A stretch of DNA of 64,000 nt. It comes from Bacteroidales bacterium. GTDB taxonomy: Bacteria > Bacteroidota > Bacteroidia > Bacteroidales > VadinHA17. A program made the translations under genes and the position numbers. The stretch spans positions 72,969 through 136,968 of the forward strand of contig JAJFVL010000052.1 in assembly GCA_021371855.1 (NCBI GenBank), given 5' to 3'. Below, in pieces: positions 57,743 to 64,000 of the stretch (positions are counted from its first letter, which is position 1; every line of letters starts with the position of its first letter). The notes under the pieces are model-generated. The model searched no databases. It was not told the origin of the DNA and worked only from the letters and a program-made list of their open reading frames with translations.

Positions 57743-58653
57743 ATCTGGGCTTTTCTATAGGCGATTTGCACTTTAAAAATCCTGTTTTGACAGCCTCAGG
57801 GACTTTCGGATATGGATCTGAGTTTGAAGATTTCTTTGATATATCAAAGCTGGGAGGAATCATTGTCAAAGGAACAACCCTTGAGCCCAGGGAAGGGAAT
57901 CCTTATCCACGTATGGCTGAGACTCCTTCAGGAATGCTTAATGCTGTTGGTTTGCAGAATAAAGGGATTGATTACTTTGAAAAAGTTATATACCCGAAAA
58001 TCTCATTGTACGATACAAATGTTCTCCTGAATGTAAACGGCAGCTGCATAGATGATTATGTTGCCATTTCTGAGAGGGCCAATTTCCTAGAGAAGATTCC
58101 GGCTATAGAACTTAATATATCATGTCCCAATGTTAAAAAGGGAGGAATGATTTTTGGCACCAACCTCAGTTCGGCAAGAGAAGTGACAAGAGCTGTCAGA
58201 TCTGTCTGCAAAAAGAAGCTTATTGTCAAATTATCTCCGAATGTAACGAATATTGTTGATTTTGCCAGGATCGTTGAACAAGAAGGTGCAGACTCAATCT
58301 CTCTTATAAACACCTTGCTTGGCATGTCAGTTGATATAAAAAAAATGAAACCAGCCCTTTCTACTATAACGGGCGGACTATCCGGACCTGCTGTTAAACC
58401 GGTGGCAATCAGAATGGTATGGCAGGTATCTCAGGCAGTTAAAATACCGGTAATCGGAATAGGAGGAATTATGACAGCTGACGATGCTCTTGAGTTCCTT
58501 CTTGCCGGCGCAAGTGCTGTTCAGATAGGAACAGCTTCTTTCATAAATCCGCTTTCTTCAGTTCAGATTGTGGATGGAATAGAGAATTATCTTAACGAAA
58601 AAGGTTTTTCCGATATTAGTGAAATAGTTGGCTATATTAACAGAAAAGCCTGA
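57736..58653 (+). CDS. pyrD: Dihydroorotate dehydrogenase (class 1B) catalytic subunit
   Basis: 305 aa with motifs GLQNKG, NISCPN and [10 protein letters not shown]. It overlaps pyrK by 7 nt. Confidence 0.95.
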   Translation: MVNLGFSIGDLHFKNPVLTASGTFGYGSEFEDFFDISKLGGIIVKGTTLEPREGNPYPRMAETPSGMLNAVGLQNKGIDYFEKVIYPKISLYDTNVLLNVNGSCIDDYVAISERANFLEKIPAIELNISCPNVKKGGMIFGTNLSSAREVTRAVRSVCKKKLIVKLSPNVTNIVDFARIVEQEGADSISLINTLLGMSVDIKKMKPALSTITGGLSGPAVKPVAIRMVWQVSQAVKIPVIGIGGIMTADDALEFLLAGASAVQIGTASFINPLSSVQIVDGIENYLNEKGFSDISEIVGYINRKA

Positions 58654-58791
58654 TTTATAAAGATATGTAATCAGAAAATGTCAATTATCGGACCCAAAAC
58701 AATTTATAATTCATTATTAGATTTCTGATTTTTACTATAAATTTGTAAGAATCCTAAAATATATTGTTTCAATTTATTAAATATTTCTGAT

Positions 58792-59262
58792 ATGACTGAA
58801 AATGTACAAATTGATGATCTTGATAAGAAAATTCTTGATATCATTACAAAAAATGCAAGGGTCCCATATCTTGAAGTTGCAAGAGAATGTGGCGTTTCGG
58901 GCGCTGCAATACATCAACGTGTTCAAAGGCTTATCAGGGTAGGCGTAATAAAAGGATCGGAATTCAAGGTCGATCCTGTAATGGTTGGATTTAAAACATG
59001 TGCATACATTGGTATCTTTCTTGATCATCCCGGCAATTTTCGTAAAGTTGTTGAAAAATTCAAAGACATTCCTGAGATCATTGAATGTCACTATACTACA
59101 GGTAATTATTCCTTATTTATTAAAGTATATACCCGCGATAATGAACACCTTCGTATGATTCTTACGGATACAATTCAGAATATTCCGGGTATCGTCCGTA
59201 CCGAAACACTAATATCTCTCGAAGAATCTATAAACAGACAGATACCTGTTCTTTCGAGATAA
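58792..59262 (+). CDS. Lrp/AsnC family transcriptional regulator
   Basis: 156 aa with an N-terminal HTH (LDKKILDIITKNARVPYLEVARECGVSGAAIHQRVQRL) and a C-terminal AsnC-type ligand-binding domain. Confidence 0.93.
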   Translation: MTENVQIDDLDKKILDIITKNARVPYLEVARECGVSGAAIHQRVQRLIRVGVIKGSEFKVDPVMVGFKTCAYIGIFLDHPGNFRKVVEKFKDIPEIIECHYTTGNYSLFIKVYTRDNEHLRMILTDTIQNIPGIVRTETLISLEESINRQIPVLSR

Positions 59263-59293
59263 AAAATAATTATTGCATAATTTCGGATAGAAT

Positions 59294-59334
59294 AACAGAA
59301 GAGGCTGCCTCTATATGAGACAGCCTCTTCTGTT
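59294..59334. terminator. Bidirectional terminator hairpin with perfect 14-bp stem
   Basis: AACAGAAGAGGCTG-(13-nt loop)-CAGCCTCTTCTGTT lies between the convergent Lrp-family gene and the glycoside-hydrolase-like gene. Confidence 0.7.
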
Positions 59335-59392
59335 CAGGTTCAATATTCCTCTGTTTCCTTCTGTGTAAGTTCCTTTTTCTCTTTTCGACCTG

Positions 59393-62300
59393 CTAATTAC
59401 TAAACATGAGTTTCACCGGTCCTATCAAGCCTGATTTTAAAGTCTTTCCCGGATATCGTGTCGGAATGGTCAGATAATGATTAGCCAGAGTGTTATATAC
59501 CAGTATCTCAATTTTATTATCTCCTTCCTTTACAAATTCTGAAATATCCAGTTTCCATGGAGGTGAAACAAGAATACCTGCTGACTTGCTATTCACTATA
59601 ACTTCTGCTGTTGCAACTACTTCACCTAAATCGAGCATCACTCCTGAAGATGCCTGTGTCTTAGACAGGTAGAAGTTTTTGCGGTACCAGGCTCCTCCAG
59701 AGTAGTTTTCGAGTACAGAACCTTGTGACCAATCACCAGTCTGTGAAATTCCCTTTGAGCAATCGATCAGTATGGGCTCAGGTAAAGCCGAACCACTATA
59801 ATTTCCTCTGGTTTGTTCTATCCGTAATGCCACTTTTGATTTTCCTGCGATGGGCTTGTCAAGAATAATCCTTTGTTGAGGAGGTAGACCTGATGTGAAA
59901 TCTTTTATTTCTACAGGATTTCCATTAATCCATAGTTTAACAGAGCCATTGGATATTATTGTCATTGCTTTCAATCCCGGAGGAGCGGTGAAGCGATACC
60001 ATCCTGCCGGTTTTTTGTCATCAGACTGAGTGTCAAATTTTACAAGTCCCTTTAAATCGCCCCATTCCATTGACAGGGGCGTTTTTACCTCAATATCGGG
60101 GGATCCTGCCATTAACATAACAAAATGACCTCTGCCGGGCTTATTATAGCGCAGGAGCAAAGGATTTCCTCCCTGCTTAAGATTCAGTGGCAAAGCAGGG
60201 TCTTCAATTTTCTTCTTATTCAGAATGATGACTTTCGGTTTTAATCCACCCAAATCTATTTCTGCTTTGCCTGACTTTTCCACAAATGCAGAGGTTGACA
60301 AATAATAGCATGAGCCTTCTTCTTCTTCCTTGTACAGGATCTCGTTCAATCCCTCTGTCGGCTTGCCAAGGCAGATGAAATCATTGCTTATGTACTCTTT
60401 AAGTCCGTGATATCCCTGGTGCCCCGGGTCTCCTTCAACACCAAAACGCCAGGAAAAGCTGTATGGCAGCCACTTATAGGATTTCCCATTGATTATAACC
60501 GGCTTTGAATAATCAGCATTCTTAAGGGATGAGAATTGTTTGTCGAGCTGATCAGTATTGATGTCATCAGGAAGAGGTCCGAGTTTCCAGAATTCAGGTC
60601 CGAATCCATAGGTTACGCGTGGCCATTTTGAGTCATCAAATCCTGGAAGTTCCCATCCGGTAACATCTGCAGTCTCTCCTGAGTAGCTAAAGATTCTGGC
60701 TTCGGCGCCGATCATCTGACTGGTTACGGGAAGACGGAAATCGCCCCAGCGGTTATCCATTGTAGGCTTCAGCTCAAATTCCCAATCCCCGTCCAGGATC
60801 ATCTGCGAAGAGGCATTAGCCGTATTATTCTTTTCTCGTTTTAAGTCAGTTGTAGTCATCTCTTTGTCAATGTGAGAAAAAACAATAATCTGGGCTTCAT
60901 TTGTATCGAGAGGCATTTTCACTATGGAAGCTTCTTTATTTTCAGTTTTGGTTAAAAGAGGTCTTGTCTTCCCTGTCCACGGATCCCACAATTCAGCATT
61001 ACCTGTCGACCGGAATGTGCAATATGAGTCTTTTGCTGCTCCCATAACCATATATACATCACGTGCGCCAATCCTGCGGTGCATGGCTTTAACCGGACGG
61101 TCCGATGCAACATGACGAGGAAGAAGCTTGTCAATCTCTGTTTTAAGCTCAGCAGCATCTTTGACTATTATGCCGGTTCCATTTTTCCTGTTTACCTGTT
61201 TTTCTGGTGCTTTTTCTGATCCCGTCTCTTTTGCCGATACTCCGAAAATTTCTTTTACAACGGAATCAAGCTCGTGATCGTTACTACCTATACGATCGCT
61301 TGCTTCAGGTAACGATCCCACGGAAATCACTGTTCCTCCGTTCCTGTAAAATGCAAGTGCCTTTTGTATGGTTGACCAGTGTATAGCTTTCATGTCAGGC
61401 AGAACAAGGACTTTGAATGTCATATCTGAAACCTGAAGCATTCTTTCTTGTATACCGGCACGGGCAAGTGATTGATCGTCCATGAAAATGAAGTCATGTC
61501 CGCTATTGAATAGCTCTGTCCCAGAGTCAAATGCCGTCTTGGCAGCTTTATCGCCATCCAATTTGGCCTGTACCGGACTTACCGGGTACATTATCGCCAC
61601 ATCAGTTTGTAAAACACCCTGGCTAAGAAGGTATGATAACCGTTCAAAGTATTTCAGGAACACCTTCATATGGTCCCAGTAAGGCATCCTGAAGTGATAG
61701 CAGGGGGGAGCCCATTCCCAGAAACTTCCATATGTGGAATAGTACAAACCGTGCAGATTAAGAAGATTGCATCCGTAGAGAAAATTCTCGCATGTTGCAA
61801 ACATAAGTCTCTCAGGTGTTGCTCCCCATCCAAGACTGTGGTAACCTTCCAGCCAAACCCTGGGGCGCTTGTAGAGTGCAGCAATCGAACTGGAAACTTT
61901 CCCTTTTATAAGGTCGGCATGACCACCCGGGGTGTCGTGCCCGGGAGCTGTATACCAGCGGATTGCCCTGAAATTATCACCATACATGCCAGGTTCTCTG
62001 CCTCGTCCTTCCGGATCGCACCCGTATATTTTACCACGCGACCAGTGCCAGTCGAATATCGGTTTGAAATACCTCTCTTCCGTCAGCTGAACCTTCACAT
62101 CCATGAAGTCGAGCCTGCCTTTTACAGTAAGATCTCCCATGTCGGTGAACATTGCCGGGAGCAACTCAAACACATCATATCCCTTCTGTTTCTTAAATAC
62201 TTCTTCAAAATCTTCTGTCCAGATACGATCGCCTACGCCAAACTGTAATTCATCCTGGAAAAAATAATTCAATCCGTCAGAAGACTGGTTGACGGCATTA

Positions 62301-63151
62301 TTCTGGAATGGCTGGAAGAACTTGTCAATCACTGTCTTTCCTGATTTTGGGTGCATTGGGTTCAGGGTGCCAGGCATACGTTCTGTCGTGAAAACCCATA
62401 TCTGCCATGCGCCTTCTTCAGGTGTCCATGTAAGTTTGGAGCTCTTTATAAATGAGTCAATATTTTTTCCCCGCCCTGATATTTTGCCATCTCTGACAGG
62501 ATAGGCCCATACGCCAATGGCATTGCCAGGGATATCCAGAACAATTTTTTCATCTGAAGTGACTGTAATAATTGTATCGGTTTGCAGTTCTTGTCCCTGT
62601 ATTTCCGGTATAGAATAAATGATCCTGTTAAAAAGATTCTCTTTTTTTGGCCAGTCCAGGGTATAACCACTCAGGCCGATACCCATCCCGCGTTTGTTGC
62701 ATTGTTCTGCAGCAAATTTATAGTAATCCCACCATTCGTCTGAAAACACTTTTGGATCATCCATTATGGTTTTCCATGCACCTGTAATATCATCACTGTG
62801 TATATAGTTGACCTGCATTCCTGTAACTCCCTTCTTATGCAGTTCTTCAATCTGCCAGAGGAGCCGGTTCTTATCGAGTTTATCGCCACTCCACCACCAG
62901 AATGGCACTTCTCCATATCCGGCAGGTGGATCTTGAAAACCAGGCAAAACATCAAGGTCAGAAGACCGTGAAGGAAATCCCAAAGCATTAGCAGGTGGGA
63001 GAGGAAGGTAACCTGGATCACTTAACGCGATGTTCGTTTGTTTTATACCTCTAAATGATTCATCCTGAGCACAGAGTAATAATTGGGAACTCAGAAAAGC
63101 AGAACAGAAAAGAGCTGGCTTTAAAAATTTCATACAACTTATTTTTAACAT
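59393..63151 (-). CDS. Large secreted glycoside-hydrolase-like protein with C-terminal jelly-roll/galactose-binding-like domain
   Basis: 1252-aa ORF. Met7 (63133) gives the signal peptide MKFLKPALFCSAFLSSQLLLCAQ. The N-terminal PFWWWSGDKL...GVTGMQVNY region and the C-terminal GGAWYRKNFYL...VNSKSAGILVSPPWKLDISEFVKEGDNKIEILVYNTLAN resemble Bacteroidota glycosylhydrolase-like jelly-roll proteins (GH106-like?). The family is not assigned. Confidence 0.8.
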   Translation of the reverse strand: MLKISCMKFLKPALFCSAFLSSQLLLCAQDESFRGIKQTNIALSDPGYLPLPPANALGFPSRSSDLDVLPGFQDPPAGYGEVPFWWWSGDKLDKNRLLWQIEELHKKGVTGMQVNYIHSDDITGAWKTIMDDPKVFSDEWWDYYKFAAEQCNKRGMGIGLSGYTLDWPKKENLFNRIIYSIPEIQGQELQTDTIITVTSDEKIVLDIPGNAIGVWAYPVRDGKISGRGKNIDSFIKSSKLTWTPEEGAWQIWVFTTERMPGTLNPMHPKSGKTVIDKFFQPFQNNAVNQSSDGLNYFFQDELQFGVGDRIWTEDFEEVFKKQKGYDVFELLPAMFTDMGDLTVKGRLDFMDVKVQLTEERYFKPIFDWHWSRGKIYGCDPEGRGREPGMYGDNFRAIRWYTAPGHDTPGGHADLIKGKVSSSIAALYKRPRVWLEGYHSLGWGATPERLMFATCENFLYGCNLLNLHGLYYSTYGSFWEWAPPCYHFRMPYWDHMKVFLKYFERLSYLLSQGVLQTDVAIMYPVSPVQAKLDGDKAAKTAFDSGTELFNSGHDFIFMDDQSLARAGIQERMLQVSDMTFKVLVLPDMKAIHWSTIQKALAFYRNGGTVISVGSLPEASDRIGSNDHELDSVVKEIFGVSAKETGSEKAPEKQVNRKNGTGIIVKDAAELKTEIDKLLPRHVASDRPVKAMHRRIGARDVYMVMGAAKDSYCTFRSTGNAELWDPWTGKTRPLLTKTENKEASIVKMPLDTNEAQIIVFSHIDKEMTTTDLKREKNNTANASSQMILDGDWEFELKPTMDNRWGDFRLPVTSQMIGAEARIFSYSGETADVTGWELPGFDDSKWPRVTYGFGPEFWKLGPLPDDINTDQLDKQFSSLKNADYSKPVIINGKSYKWLPYSFSWRFGVEGDPGHQGYHGLKEYISNDFICLGKPTEGLNEILYKEEEEGSCYYLSTSAFVEKSGKAEIDLGGLKPKVIILNKKKIEDPALPLNLKQGGNPLLLRYNKPGRGHFVMLMAGSPDIEVKTPLSMEWGDLKGLVKFDTQSDDKKPAGWYRFTAPPGLKAMTIISNGSVKLWINGNPVEIKDFTSGLPPQQRIILDKPIAGKSKVALRIEQTRGNYSGSALPEPILIDCSKGISQTGDWSQGSVLENYSGGAWYRKNFYLSKTQASSGVMLDLGEVVATAEVIVNSKSAGILVSPPWKLDISEFVKEGDNKIEILVYNTLANHYLTIPTRYPGKTLKSGLIGPVKLMFSN

Positions 63152-63230
63152 AAACCTAACTTACAGGGTGTCGGCCGGGACAGTTTCGAATGCATCTTAA
63201 ATCAAGGATTCCCAAATATAACTTATTGCA

Positions 63231-63259
63231 ATAAAAAAAGCCCTCATTTCTGAAGGCTT
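63231..63259 (-). terminator. Intrinsic terminator immediately after tRNA-Lys
   Basis: The minus-strand RNA forms AAGCCUUC-AGAAAU-GAGGGCUU (one G-U pair) followed by a U-run. The pairing is better on the minus strand than on the plus strand. Confidence 0.65.
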
Positions 63260-63260
63260 T

Positions 63261-63336
63261 TGGTGATCCAACTGGGGCTCGAACCCAGGACCCCATCCTT
63301 AAAAGGGATGTGCTCTACCAGCTGAGCTATTGAATC
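63261..63336 (-). tRNA. tRNA-Lys (anticodon UUU), CCA encoded
   Basis: Minus-strand reading: GATTCAA-TA-GCTC-AGCTGGTA-GAGC-A-CATCC-CTTTTAA-GGATG-GGGTC-CTGGG-TTCGAGC-CCCAG-TTGGATC-A-CCA. It forms a full cloverleaf with a 7-bp acceptor stem (one G-U) and anticodon TTT. Confidence 0.9.
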
Positions 63337-63356
63337 CTCTTTTATTTTTGCGAGTG

Positions 63357-63387
63357 CAAATGTATAATATTTTTATTTTAATACAAA
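63357..63387 (-). promoter_or_regulatory. Bacteroidota-type promoter for tRNA-Lys (TTTG-N19-TACATTTG)
   Basis: The minus strand reads TTTG, a 19-nt spacer, then TACATTTG (TAnnTTTG). This lies about 20 nt upstream of the mature tRNA 5' end. Confidence 0.55.
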
Positions 63388-63493
63388 GGTAATATTATTA
63401 TTTTTCATTTGATAAAAGGTCTTAATTAAATTAAATCCATTTTAAAAAAGAGCTATTTTTGCCTTTGGGATAGTCTGAATCAAAAATATAGCT

Positions 63494-64000
63494 ATGAACA
63501 ATCTTTTTAAAGACAAAGTTGTTATCGTAACCGGAGCATCTTCGGGAATCGGAGAAGCAACTGCCCGTGAGTTTGCACGTAATGGAAGTAAAGTTGTTCT
63601 GGCCGCAAGGTCGGAAGGAAAGCTTTCGAAAATTGTTGAAGAGATAAAAGCTCAGAATTTGGAAGCCAACTTTGTAAAAACAGATGTCAGCAGGGAAGAA
63701 GATTGCAAAAGGCTTGTCGAAAAAACTATTGAGTATTACGGAGGTATTGATATTCTCGTGAACAATGCCGGTATATCAATGCGGGCTTCTTTTCCTGAAG
63801 TTGATCTTAAGGTCCTTCATCGGTTGATGGATGTGAATTTTTGGGGAACTGTCTATTGTACAAAATATGCATTGCCTTATCTTGTTAAACAAAAAGGATC
63901 ACTGATTGGGGTATCGTCTGTCGCTGGCTTCCATGGATTGCCGGGGAGGACTGGTTATTCAGCTTCCAAATTTGCAATGCACGGCTTTCTTGAAACAATC
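63494..64000 (+). CDS. SDR-family oxidoreductase (3' end beyond window edge)
   Basis: Absent from the ORF track because there is no stop in the window. From the ATG at 63494 it reads MNNLFKDKVVIVTGASSGIGEATAREFARNGSKVVLAAR...NNAGI...YSASKFAMHGF. It has the classical TGxxxGxG and YxxxK motifs and stays open to base 64000. Confidence 0.88.
   Translation, partial: MNNLFKDKVVIVTGASSGIGEATAREFARNGSKVVLAARSEGKLSKIVEEIKAQNLEANFVKTDVSREEDCKRLVEKTIEYYGGIDILVNNAGISMRASFPEVDLKVLHRLMDVNFWGTVYCTKYALPYLVKQKGSLIGVSSVAGFHGLPGRTGYSASKFAMHGFLETI

Noticed and set aside
61670-62248. A 192-aa + strand ORF lies inside the large glycoside-hydrolase-like gene.
   Set aside because: It is antisense to a 1252-aa uninterrupted ORF with clear domain content and has no independent signals. 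Other antisense shadows (5658-5987, 8095-8436, 42689-43066, 32157-32522) are rejected for the same reason.
59263-63336. I considered a genomic island integrated at the 3' end of tRNA-Lys and carrying the large hydrolase gene.
   Set aside because: No direct repeat of the tRNA 3' end appears at the far boundary (59263-59392). There is no integrase, and no obvious compositional break by eye.

Overview
This is an AT-rich, gene-dense 64-kb chromosomal window. It reads like an anaerobic, fermentative member of the Bacteroidota; the taxon is inferred from sequence style, not proven. The style markers are almost no Shine-Dalgarno sequences, TAnnTTTG-type -7 promoter boxes, a PstS-like/TPR/ExbB/ExbD/ExbD/TonB operon, kdsA, and lipoprotein-type signal peptides.

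I support 53 protein-coding genes. Two are cut by the window edges and are therefore absent from the ORF track. I also support one tRNA-Lys(UUU) and a type-A RNase P RNA (rnpB) that the ORF track covers only with spurious ORFs.

Most genes are housekeeping: argS, ffh, folD, aroE, truA, queA, kdsA, rarA, ggt, proC, slyD, pyrK/pyrD.

The parts worth a second look are:
1. A seven-gene hdrCBA-mvhD-flxCBA-like electron-bifurcation operon with no obvious disulfide substrate. It carries two of the only three canonical SD sequences seen in the window, and a ComA (phosphosulfolactate synthase) homolog lies 3.3 kb upstream.
2. A three-gene same-strand block: a SiaC-like protein, a possibly exported Memo-AMMECR1 fusion, and a polytopic spermidine-synthase-like protein. 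No radical-SAM partner is present.
3. An 810-bp non-coding region carrying an array of TTACA-NN-TGTAA palindromes upstream of an XRE-type regulator.
4. A nested-hairpin element with perfect 25-bp terminal inverted repeats.
5. A 16-copy 8-bp tandem repeat.
6. A pta-ackA-ptb-ptb-buk acyl-phosphate supercluster.

I found no CRISPR array, transposase, integrase or clear mobile element. Hand-derived coordinates for non-ORF features are approximate (about +/-2 nt). All family calls come from motif recognition and memory, not from database searches.
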